Source: an uncultured Sphaerobacteraceae bacterium (GTDB taxonomy: Bacteria; Chloroflexota; Chloroflexia; Thermomicrobiales; UBA6265). Taken from it: a DNA stretch of 64,000 bases. The stretch is from assembly GCA_964371945.1 (NCBI GenBank), contig CAYJPA010000021.1, positions 4,924-68,923 on the forward strand, in the 5' to 3' direction. The notes beneath the pieces were generated by a model, which saw nothing but the letters and a program-made list of their open reading frames with translations, did not search any database and was not told the DNA's origin. The first letter of the stretch is position 1; every line of letters starts with the position of its first letter. The position numbers were made by a program, and so were the translations under genes. Below, piece by piece: positions 42,923 through 50,786 of this stretch.

Positions 42923-43627
42923 ATGCGAAAACACCTGATTTTGGTCATCGACGACGAACCGCCGATTCAACGATTGGTGCGAGCTCGGCTGCAATCCGAC
43001 GACTATGCCGTGTTGACGGCGTCGACGGGTCTCGAGGCGCTCGAGCTGCTTGAAGATCAGCGACCCGATCTCATCATCCTCGATGTGATGATGCCGGGCA
43101 TCGACGGATTCGAAACGCTTCGCAGGATCAGGGCCGCGCATCAGGTGCCGGTCATCATGCTTACCGCGCGAACCTCGGATGCGGATCGACTCAAGGGATT
43201 TCATAGTGGCGTCGATGATTATCTATCGAAGCCGTTCAATCCCGACGAGCTGGCCGCCCGCGTAGCGGCGATACTACGCAGAACGGCCGGTTCGACGAAA
43301 GAGACCGGACGGGGACCGCTGAAATACCCCGGCGTTGAAATCGATCTGGAACGGCGACGGGTGATCGTCAATGGCGAAGAAATCCGGCTCTCTCGAACCG
43401 AATGGGAGCTTCTCGCGCAACTGGCGGCCAATGCGGGGCGTGTGATGCTTCACGGCGAACTGCTTGCTCGCATTTGGGGACCGGAGTTTCGAGATGAAGC
43501 GCACTATTTGAGAACGTGGGTGTCGCGTTTGCGCGCGAAGCTCGAAACCGTTTCGGACGGTACTCCGCTTATCACCACGTTTCCCGGGCTAGGGTATCGT
43601 CTGGAGTCACCGCCGCTCGTTGACTAA
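42923..43627 (+). CDS. OmpR-family response regulator (KdpE-like winged helix)
   Basis: In-frame ATG 42923 (MRKHLILVIDDEPPIQ). Contains LIILDVMMPGIDG and a C-terminal wHTH (EAHYLRTWVSRLRAKLE ... GLGYRLE). Confidence 0.85.
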   Translation: MRKHLILVIDDEPPIQRLVRARLQSDDYAVLTASTGLEALELLEDQRPDLIILDVMMPGIDGFETLRRIRAAHQVPVIMLTARTSDADRLKGFHSGVDDYLSKPFNPDELAARVAAILRRTAGSTKETGRGPLKYPGVEIDLERRRVIVNGEEIRLSRTEWELLAQLAANAGRVMLHGELLARIWGPEFRDEAHYLRTWVSRLRAKLETVSDGTPLITTFPGLGYRLESPPLVD

Positions 43628-44247
43628 TCGACACCGGTTTTCGCGCGTAGCGCGTTGCGCACCTGCGCCGGACTGAGGCTGGTGATGGACTGCTCGATAA
43701 GCTCTTCGACTTGCGTCTTGTTCTGATAACCATGTTTGCGCGCCCACTGCCAAAACGCGGTCCATGAGTAATCCTCGAGCGGCGGTTCAGTATCGTCCTC
43801 ACTTGGATGCTCAGTTGGGGCGACAGGTGCATGTGGAGTTGTGTGGGGCTCGACTGCAACGGGAATAGTTGCCGGTTCTTCCGGCGCCACTTCTCGATGG
43901 ACTGCCGGAGCAGGCACAGCGGGAACAGTGATGGGCGGGGTTCGGTCTGGTGCAGTTGGGCGGTCGGCTGTGCCATAACCCAGTGCTTCCAGAGCACGGT
44001 CTAGCGCGCGGTCCTCCGCCGCTTCCACCGCATTTGGCAGATTCGCGGGCGCGGACCCGAACCCGCTCGCGCTGCCGCCCGACGGCAATGTGACAACCGC
44101 CCAAACAACCGCCCGCGTTTCATCGAGTTGGGTCAACTCGGTCGACAGAGTCACCGCCGGATGCTCCTCCCGGAGTGCGCGCAACCTGGAGATGACCTGA
44201 CGCGAGGAAGAGTCATCGGAATCGGATATCGTGCCGCGCTGACTCAT
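43624..44247 (-). CDS. Hypothetical protein: small N-terminal domain, Pro-rich linker, helical C-terminal domain
   Basis: 207-aa ORF whose stop overlaps the convergent regulator's stop by 4 nt. Coding-like composition. No family assigned with confidence (see finding). Confidence 0.5.
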   Translation of the reverse strand: MSQRGTISDSDDSSSRQVISRLRALREEHPAVTLSTELTQLDETRAVVWAVVTLPSGGSASGFGSAPANLPNAVEAAEDRALDRALEALGYGTADRPTAPDRTPPITVPAVPAPAVHREVAPEEPATIPVAVEPHTTPHAPVAPTEHPSEDDTEPPLEDYSWTAFWQWARKHGYQNKTQVEELIEQSITSLSPAQVRNALRAKTGVD

Positions 44248-44579
44248 CGTACCTCCGATTCTGCCCGTCTCAAGCCCAGTATTGCGTCTTCGCCTGAGTA
44301 TAGCCGAGGCACCAGGCGTCCCTTCTAAGGAACTTTCCTCAGGTGCTCTCGATGCAGACTACGTGATTCTGTCCGGCCATCCGTCAAAATGTGTAGTCGA
44401 CCTACACACAACGACAGAGGTTCAAATACGTCATTCGATGGATGTGCGCGGACGGGAGGCAGGGCATTATATGCGTGTGGCTGGCAGGATGGCTGGCCGC
44501 AAACGAAGAGTGAAGCAGATTGAGTCGATAGTTTGAAACGCGCCGCTGTAGATGTAAGCGGCAAAAGGGAGTAATTGAG

Positions 44580-44861
44580 ATGAATTATGGAATGATGATC
44601 AAAGAGATGGTGGCGATTGTCGAGCGCGAGCGAATGGTACATGTCGCACGACGAAGCCGGCTGGACGAACTTGCCCAGGGCGGGCGAAAGATGGGCCCAT
44701 CGGAGCGCGCAAGATTTTCGTTCAGTGCTCTCCTTCAGCGGATGGGGCGGCCCCTAGGACGGGGTTCCGCCCCCGCTGGCGAAGGTTGCGGTCGACAGAT
44801 TGGCGTCAACAGTGACGCCGCGCGCCATATTCTTCAGTCAATGTCGATTGCGCGTTTCTAA
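44580..44861 (+). CDS. Possible small protein (93 aa), unknown function
   Basis: ATG preceded by AAGGGAG. The ORF contains an 11-bp GC hairpin (44744-44773), and I see no recognisable domain. Confidence 0.25.
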   Translation: MNYGMMIKEMVAIVERERMVHVARRSRLDELAQGGRKMGPSERARFSFSALLQRMGRPLGRGSAPAGEGCGRQIGVNSDAARHILQSMSIARF

Positions 44862-44911
44862 TTTTGTGCATTCGCTCGCGCCATGTCCTGATGGGCGCGG
44901 GTGTTGAAAAT

Positions 44912-45032
44912 ACGAACGATCCAGCCAATCGTTCGAGTGCTAAAAAACGAGCGGTCCAGCCAATCGCTCGCGTGCAACACCCCTTTCCTCCTCTTTTCTC
45001 CTCGCCGCTTCCATCAAACAAACGGAAGCGGC
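44912..45032 (+). other. Structured non-coding element: two tandem covarying hairpins, a CU-rich tract, and a 9-bp hairpin
   Basis: 44913-44935: cgaacgat-ccagcca-atcgttcg. 44948-44970: cgagcggt-ccagcca-atcgctcg. These differ by one A-T to G-C compensated pair and one A-T to G.T change. Pyrimidine tract at 44978-45003. 45004-45032: gccgcttcc-11 nt-ggaagcggc. Confidence 0.5.
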
Positions 45033-45148
45033 TTACCTCACACCAGCAGCCGTGTCTTCGGTCGAAAATGGGCTTGCGAGAATCGACTGAGACGCGGCAT
45101 GCTGCCACCCTGTACGTCGCACAGCACACTGAGCAGGGGGACGAGCGC

Positions 45149-45418
45149 ATGGGAGATTCGAAAGACGAATCGACGCTTCACGAGATGATTTGGCCGGAAA
45201 CGGGCCTCCACACAACAGCAAGCATCCCAAGCAAACCCAAGGATGAGCTCTCGGAAGACGATTCGATCGACTTATCGATCGATTTCCTCACGTTGTCGCT
45301 AACTCCGCTGGAGTTCATTCAACTCGCGTCGTTCATGCGCATGAGCATTGATGATCTGTTGGGTCAGCACCCGAAGTTTCAGCGCGCCGTCATCAATGCG
45401 TTCGACATCAAGGATTGA
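45149..45418 (+). CDS. Small acidic hypothetical protein (89 aa)
   Basis: ATG 45149 has AGGGGGA 8 nt upstream. Sequence MGDSKDESTLHEMIWPETGLH...LTPLEFIQLASFMRMSIDDLLGQHPKFQRAVINAFDIKD. The upstream part of track ORF 44864-45418 crosses the hairpin region and is unlikely to be coding. Confidence 0.4.
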   Translation: MGDSKDESTLHEMIWPETGLHTTASIPSKPKDELSEDDSIDLSIDFLTLSLTPLEFIQLASFMRMSIDDLLGQHPKFQRAVINAFDIKD

Positions 45419-45427
45419 ACGAATCAG

Positions 45428-46438
45428 TCAATCGATCGAAATCGCCGCCAATCCTGGAGCCGCAACTGCCTTTCGAGCGGCAAGCCCGACCCTGAGCGCC
45501 AACCGGGCGTCCGCCGGCGTCGCACGGGCCGCGGGTGCTCCGGTCGCGATGCATTCCGCAAAATAAGCGACCTCTCCGTAATAGCCATCGTCTTGACTGA
45601 CGACGAGTTTCTCCGGTTCGCCTTCGTTCGGATAAAAAACGAGATCGTTGACGCTGCCGTCGACTTCGACGCTTCGACCGCCGGCCCGGAAACTGTACTC
45701 GAACGAACCGCGTTCACAGAGCACATGCAGAGCTGAGGTGAATGGATAGGATTCCGGCATCATCATGCCGCCGTCGGCCACGGCCGAGGCATCACCGTAG
45801 TCGATAAGCACCTGGACCTGATCGTAGCCACCGCCAGAACGCTGATTGCTCACCCCTCGGCCCACAACCGATTTCGGCTTGCCAATGATCCAGTTCAATA
45901 CGTCGTAGTCGTGGATCATTTGGTCGATCACGGCTCCGCCGGTCAAATCCGATCGCGCGAAGAGCGACGACCACGCCGGAAAGGGTTGCCGGCGATATGC
46001 GAGCGCCGACACGACTTTGCCGTAGTCGCCGCCGCGGACCCGCTTCGCGATCTCCATATACTCCGGCCAGAAGCGCAGCACGTGGGCGATCATGAAGACG
46101 CGATCGGTTCTGCCCGCAAGATCGACGAGAATGTCAGCGTCCTCGACCGCGAGCGTGATCGGCTTTTCGAGGAGCACGTGCTTTCCGGCGGCGATCGCGG
46201 CTTCGGCCACAGCCCGGTGTTGCGGTCCAGGGAGGCAGATGTCGATCGCATCGATCGACGGATCGGCAATGTACTTGTCAAGATCGGTTGTCCAGGGCGT
46301 CCTGAATTCACCTGCGAGCGGTTTTGCTCGCGTATCGCCCTGGCCATAAATACCCGCGATTTCAACGCTGGGGACCTTGGCAAACGCCTTGGCATGGGTG
46401 CTTCCCATGAATCCAGCACCGAGGATGGCTACACGCAT
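45428..46438 (-). CDS. Gfo/Idh/MocA-family oxidoreductase
   Basis: MRVAILGAGFMGSTHAKAF Rossmann start, EKP motif (LLEKPITL); 336 aa. Confidence 0.8.
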   Translation of the reverse strand: MRVAILGAGFMGSTHAKAFAKVPSVEIAGIYGQGDTRAKPLAGEFRTPWTTDLDKYIADPSIDAIDICLPGPQHRAVAEAAIAAGKHVLLEKPITLAVEDADILVDLAGRTDRVFMIAHVLRFWPEYMEIAKRVRGGDYGKVVSALAYRRQPFPAWSSLFARSDLTGGAVIDQMIHDYDVLNWIIGKPKSVVGRGVSNQRSGGGYDQVQVLIDYGDASAVADGGMMMPESYPFTSALHVLCERGSFEYSFRAGGRSVEVDGSVNDLVFYPNEGEPEKLVVSQDDGYYGEVAYFAECIATGAPAARATPADARLALRVGLAARKAVAAPGLAAISID

Positions 46439-46481
46439 GATTGGTCCTTTCTAAAATCGGATTCCAGGAAGAGCCCGGGGT

Positions 46482-47073
46482 CCTCAGGTTTCAACCTGAG
46501 GCTTAGGTCACAAAGCCCCTGCTGGGGCTCCGAGAGAGCGACGGTGAACAATTACAGGTCCATTCTGGCACGGTTAGTCGTCGAGTCCGACTGAAGTTGT
46601 TTCAAACAATGGCCACAACCGGTCGTCGGCGTGATGTTCAGACTGGCGATTAACGTATTCGATTACATCATTTAGTGAACGTTCGCCGAACGAAAGCACA
46701 CCGTACCTGCGTTGCCAGAGGAACCAATCACCGATCGGTTGCTGGATACTCCGATTCACCAGATGACTAGAACCCGCCTTTGCCTTACGCGCGAACTCGG
46801 AGACGGCAATTCGCGGCGGGATCGAAACGGCGATGTGCATGTGATCGGGAACGATGCCCATTGCATGAACAATCACCCCGAGATCGGTGGACGTCGCCTG
46901 GACAGACCTCCGAATCTCGTTTGCGGCAACGTCGTTGATCAGCGCTTCTCGATTCTTGGTCGCCCAGACCATGTGGTAGTACAAACGCCAAAACGACATT
47001 TGGATGCCCTTTTCGCCCGCTTCGGAGCCCTCGCAAGGGCTTTGTGGCCTGAGCACCAGGTTTCAACCTGGTG
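46482..47073. mobile_element. IS200-like/RAYT unit: tyrosine-transposase gene bracketed by paired hairpins
   Basis: Left end: cctcagg-tttcaa-cctgagg (46482-46501) plus agcccc-tgct-ggggct (46514-46529). Right end: agccct-cgca-agggct (47026-47041) plus caccagg-tttcaa-cctggtg (47054-47073). The flanks are an imperfect inverted repeat of about 50 nt with compensated stems. Confidence 0.65.
46574..46999 (-). CDS. IS200/IS605-family Y1 (HUH) transposase-like protein, REP-associated tyrosine transposase type
   Basis: ATG 46999 (MSFWRLYYHMVWATKNRE...). HUH motif PDHMHIAV; Tyr region WQRRYGVLSF; 141 aa. Confidence 0.75.
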   Translation of the reverse strand: MSFWRLYYHMVWATKNREALINDVAANEIRRSVQATSTDLGVIVHAMGIVPDHMHIAVSIPPRIAVSEFARKAKAGSSHLVNRSIQQPIGDWFLWQRRYGVLSFGERSLNDVIEYVNRQSEHHADDRLWPLFETTSVGLDD

Positions 47074-47102
47074 AAACCCAGCCGGTGACGAAACTCTATT
47101 AG

Positions 47103-47921
47103 TTAGTCCTTCACGAACTGGCGGACGAAGGTGTAGGAGTCGGCGACGCACTTGTTGACGACGTCGAGTGGCGGCCAGGGCTCGCCCTGGAACTCGATTT
47201 CGATCGATACCGGACCGGTGAATCCGACCTTGTCAAGCGCGGCGAAGATCGCGGCGAAATTCACTTCGCCTGTGCCGACGGTTGGGAAGTTCCAGACGCC
47301 GGGACCACCGATTTGGTCCTTGCAGTGCATGTGCTTGACGGCATCGGCGGAATCCTTGATGTCGTCTTCCGGCCGGACGCCGCCGTAAAAGATGACATTG
47401 CCTGGATCGTAGTTGATGCCGATGTTCGATTTGCCGATGTCTTCGATCAGCTTCTTGGCGATCACGCCGCTCGCGAGCAGCCCGCCGTGCGTTTCGAGGC
47501 AGATCGTGATCCCGATCGCGGCGGCTTCGTCCGCGAGCGGTCGGATATTGCGCAGGAAATGGTTGCGTTGATCTTCAAGGCTACCGCCTGAGGAGGCGTC
47601 ATGTCCGCCGGTGCTGGTGGTGACGTACCTGATTCCGAGCTTCTGGGCAATGTTGAGCGCTTTGCGGAACTCGGCGATTCCCGCGTCGCTGACGAGGTCG
47701 GAGTGGCCCGCCAGGCTTACCGGTGCCAGGTCGTAGTTGTGCAGGAGATCCTTCACATGCGCGAGCTCTTCCGCGCTGGCGTTGCGACGGACGTGCTCGG
47801 TCCACCCCGGCACCGAAGCGAGCTCCACGCTCTTGAAGCCGGCCGCGGCGATCCCAGCGAGCGATTCTTCGAGCAAGTAGGTGTGATAGGTATTGGTCAA
47901 TCCGCAAAGTCGCTCGGCCAT
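47103..47921 (-). CDS. Sugar phosphate isomerase/epimerase (xylose-isomerase-like TIM barrel)
   Basis: 272 aa with ribosome-binding site GAGGGAG. Family pattern (ICLETHG, HMHCKD, IEIE). Confidence 0.7.
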   Translation of the reverse strand: MAERLCGLTNTYHTYLLEESLAGIAAAGFKSVELASVPGWTEHVRRNASAEELAHVKDLLHNYDLAPVSLAGHSDLVSDAGIAEFRKALNIAQKLGIRYVTTSTGGHDASSGGSLEDQRNHFLRNIRPLADEAAAIGITICLETHGGLLASGVIAKKLIEDIGKSNIGINYDPGNVIFYGGVRPEDDIKDSADAVKHMHCKDQIGGPGVWNFPTVGTGEVNFAAIFAALDKVGFTGPVSIEIEFQGEPWPPLDVVNKCVADSYTFVRQFVKD

Positions 47922-47963
47922 TGGTTCACTCCCTCATTTCGATTCAACGACAAGAGATCGGTT

Positions 47964-48332
47964 TCACTTGCCACCGAACCACGTGCGGCCCGGATAGAAC
48001 TTCATGTATTCGATGAACAACCCGTCCTCCAGCGTGAACGCCACGCGAGCAAAGGGAGGTTCGTCGACATCGAATGGTGGAATGATGACTTCTTTGCCTT
48101 CGAGATGGGGCTCGAGATCGTCCACCGCGTAAGCAATGTGTGGTGAGCTCTGGAATTCCTGGGAGACCGGGCTGTCCGGTGCGTACCGCAAGAATTCGAT
48201 GCGGAATGGGTGGTCGTTTGGGTCGGTCACCCAGCACTTACTCGGGGCGACATGATCTTCGCGAGGTTGTGACTCGAATGTGGTCAATCCGACATGGTGA
48301 AACGCTTTTCGCGGCTTTGCGGTTTTAGTCAT
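47964..48332 (-). CDS. Small VOC/glyoxalase-like protein (tentative)
   Basis: 122 aa. FHHVGL near the N-terminus and HIAYAVDDLE are typical of the VOC fold. Confidence 0.4.
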   Translation of the reverse strand: MTKTAKPRKAFHHVGLTTFESQPREDHVAPSKCWVTDPNDHPFRIEFLRYAPDSPVSQEFQSSPHIAYAVDDLEPHLEGKEVIIPPFDVDEPPFARVAFTLEDGLFIEYMKFYPGRTWFGGK

Positions 48333-48370
48333 CTCATACCCCGTGACTCGACGATCAGTCCTGACTGAGA

Positions 48371-48391
48371 CAAAAGCGGGCGGCCCGCCCG
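48371..48391 (-). terminator. Intrinsic terminator candidate after the ABC binding-protein gene
   Basis: On the minus strand, cgggc-gggcc-gcccg is followed by CTTTTG. An alternative longer stem is cgggcgg/ccgcccg (48377-48406). It lies about 45 nt past the stop at 48436. Confidence 0.5.
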
Positions 48392-48435
48392 AAGGAGAGC
48401 CGCCCGATCGGAGAGCAATCCCCTAAACCGAAGGA

Positions 48436-49656
48436 TTAGCTCGGGTACGCGCCATCGGTGCCGGCGCCGGCCGGAACCTCGACCGCGGCGAACTCTTCCG
48501 ACAGAACGAAAGCGTCCGCGTCGGCCTTGACCTTGGCCTTGTCGAACTCGTTCGCTCCGGCGACGTGGTCATTGAAGATGATGTCTTCGGCCTTGATGTC
48601 CTTGGTGAGCTGCCCGATGTCGGTGATCGTCTTGAGGAACAGCTCCCAGGACTCCATGCTGTGCCAGCCCCACTTACCGCCGTCCCGGTTCGGGAAATCG
48701 CCCCGGAAGATGTCGGCGAGCTGCCACATCGACTGGACGGCGATGTTTTTGTCGGGGAACGTGGCCTGAAGTGCAGCCGCGATCGGCTCGGCCTCCATCG
48801 TGATCTGCGTTGCGGCACGTGGGTTCTGATGACCGAACTCGAGGCCCATTGCCCAGCCTCGGAGATACGTGGTGTAAAGCTCAGTGAGCGATGCATCCTC
48901 GTGATCGGAACGGCGAATCTGGAACGAGTTGGCCGGGAACTTCGACCAGCTCTTGCCAATGATGTAATCGAAATCGAGACCACCGGCGAGCCACTGGGCG
49001 CGCAAACCCGCCCATGACAGGGCGGCGTCAGCCTGTCCCTCCGCTAGCGCCTGGGCCCAACCCGAGCCGGCCGCCTGGTACTTGACCTTTGACGGGTCTC
49101 CGCCGGCCTGTGCGACCATCGGATCGACGATGCCGGACCAGCCGAGATCGCCAACCACGACGTTCTTGCCCTCGAGGTCCTTGAGCGTCGTAATGCCGCC
49201 CGGGTTGCCTTTCGGCAGGGCAATGTCGAAGACGTCGTATGCGCCCATCTCCCAAATGGACACGAGGTCGATGCCGGCCTCGACGCCGAGCGAGAAAACG
49301 CCCGGAGAGACGTAAGACATGTCGCCGCCGCCATCGGCAACAACCTTGGCTGACGACGTCGCTTCGAGGATCGCCGGGTCGATCGAAACCTCGAGATCGC
49401 CGAAGTACCCGTACTGCACAGCAACCCAGTAGGGGTAGTCGTCGAGCACTTCCAGCGTGCCGCGAGGAGAGAGCCACTTGACGGTGTTTCGTCCCTCTTG
49501 CGCAGTGGCGGAGAGGATGCCTCTCGAGGCCATCGAGACCGCTGGGATCGTGAGTCCGAGCGCCGCGGCTCGCTGCATGAATTGCCGGCGCGATGTCCGG
49601 CTACTCGTCAATTCCACGATCAGTTCATCGAGACGACTCATTCGCCGCTCCTCCAT
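48436..49656 (-). CDS. ABC transporter substrate-binding protein, NMT1/THI5-like (NitT/TauT family), Tat signal
   Basis: Tat-type signal SRRQFMQRAAALGLTIPAV; 406 aa. Placed in the same operon-like context as the permease and ATPase. Confidence 0.7.
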   Translation of the reverse strand: MEERRMSRLDELIVELTSSRTSRRQFMQRAAALGLTIPAVSMASRGILSATAQEGRNTVKWLSPRGTLEVLDDYPYWVAVQYGYFGDLEVSIDPAILEATSSAKVVADGGGDMSYVSPGVFSLGVEAGIDLVSIWEMGAYDVFDIALPKGNPGGITTLKDLEGKNVVVGDLGWSGIVDPMVAQAGGDPSKVKYQAAGSGWAQALAEGQADAALSWAGLRAQWLAGGLDFDYIIGKSWSKFPANSFQIRRSDHEDASLTELYTTYLRGWAMGLEFGHQNPRAATQITMEAEPIAAALQATFPDKNIAVQSMWQLADIFRGDFPNRDGGKWGWHSMESWELFLKTITDIGQLTKDIKAEDIIFNDHVAGANEFDKAKVKADADAFVLSEEFAAVEVPAGAGTDGAYPS

Positions 49657-49892
49657 GTGATCCGACGCGACTCCGGCGACAATGCCGGCCGCATTCCGTT
49701 CGACTCGAGATGGTTACGATTCCCATCTCGCAGAGCTTCCGGCCAGCAGTGGTCGCCCTCCAGCCCTATACCCAAGGACAAGAATGCGTTCACCCCGTGC
49801 CATCAAACTCCACTACGTTCGCGCATACAATCTCGCAGCCGCGCGCTACTGTCAACTGGCTGTTAACCCGATCACAAAGCTCGTGATATAGC

Positions 49893-50750
49893 TTAAGACT
49901 GCCAGCTTGCCCATTTCTTGCCGACCCAGAAAAAGAAGACGTAAATGAGGATGCCCATCGTGGCCAGCAGGACGATCACCGCCCAGAAGTCCGCCATCTT
50001 GATCCGGGACGAGAAGAATGCGAGACGTGTGCCGAGACCCTCCGACGATGCAATAAATTCGGCGCCCACCGCGGTCAGCATGCCGAAAATGGCTCCGACC
50101 ATCAGGCCGACAATGATCATCGGCAGAGCCAGCGGAAAACGGACCTTGGAAAAGATCTGAAAGGTCGTCGCGCCGTATGAGCGAGCCAACGCGATTTTCG
50201 CGAGATCGGTTCGCCGGAAGCCGGTGGCGGCATTGATCATCACCATAGGTCCCACCGCAAGGGAAACCGCGATAATCCGCGGGCTCATGCCGAATCCCAT
50301 TTTTTGTACGAGCAACGGAACGAGCGCGATCATCGGCGTCATAACCAGGAGCAGGATGTACGGCGTGATGATTTTTTCGGCAAACGGGAACTGCGTGATC
50401 ACCGCGGCCAGGACGATGCCGATCGAGCTTCCGATCGCATACCCGATCGAGAGAACCTGAATAGTCACCCAGAGATGGTGCGCATAGAGCGGCCGGAAGT
50501 TATGCCAGAGTGTGGACCCTATAAGACTGGGCTTTGGGAAGGTATAGGCCGGCACGTCGAAGAAACGGCAGACGAACTCGAGACTGCCTACGACGATCAC
50601 CGCGGTCAGGATGATCACCCCGACTTCTCCCCAGCTCTTGGCCAGATTCGCGCTGGTGAGCGCTGACATATTGGTAAGTGAGACGTCGTTCTCTTCCTGG
50701 TTTTTTTCACCGAATGTGGGGATCGTTTCTCGCAATTCGGTCGCCATCAA
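49893..50750 (-). CDS. ABC transporter permease (NitT/TauT family)
   Basis: 285 aa, about 6 TM segments, with the EAA-loop-like region ARSYGATTFQIFSKVRFPLALP. Confidence 0.8.
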   Translation of the reverse strand: MMATELRETIPTFGEKNQEENDVSLTNMSALTSANLAKSWGEVGVIILTAVIVVGSLEFVCRFFDVPAYTFPKPSLIGSTLWHNFRPLYAHHLWVTIQVLSIGYAIGSSIGIVLAAVITQFPFAEKIITPYILLLVMTPMIALVPLLVQKMGFGMSPRIIAVSLAVGPMVMINAATGFRRTDLAKIALARSYGATTFQIFSKVRFPLALPMIIVGLMVGAIFGMLTAVGAEFIASSEGLGTRLAFFSSRIKMADFWAVIVLLATMGILIYVFFFWVGKKWASWQS

Positions 50751-50786
50751 AGCTGCTCCCGTATTTCGCCGCGGTGACCGCGCCGG

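Noticed and set aside
44864-45148. Upstream 95 codons of track ORF 44864-45418
   Set aside because: This stretch runs through the hairpin/CU-rich region with a Pro/Ser/Lys-rich, non-protein-like translation. The ribosome-binding-site-supported ATG is at 45149.
44912-45418. Type III (ToxIN-like) toxin-antitoxin locus
   Set aside because: There are only two repeats. The hairpin after them lacks a U-tract. The downstream 89-aa acidic protein bears no resemblance to ToxN-type endoribonucleases. I kept this only as a remote alternative within the finding.
49657-49892. TPP (THI-box) riboswitch ahead of the NMT1/THI5-like binding protein
   Set aside because: On the minus strand I could not find the conserved CUGAGA and ACCUGAUCUGGAUAAUGCCAGCG-type cores. 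Only a GGGGUG-like fragment is present.
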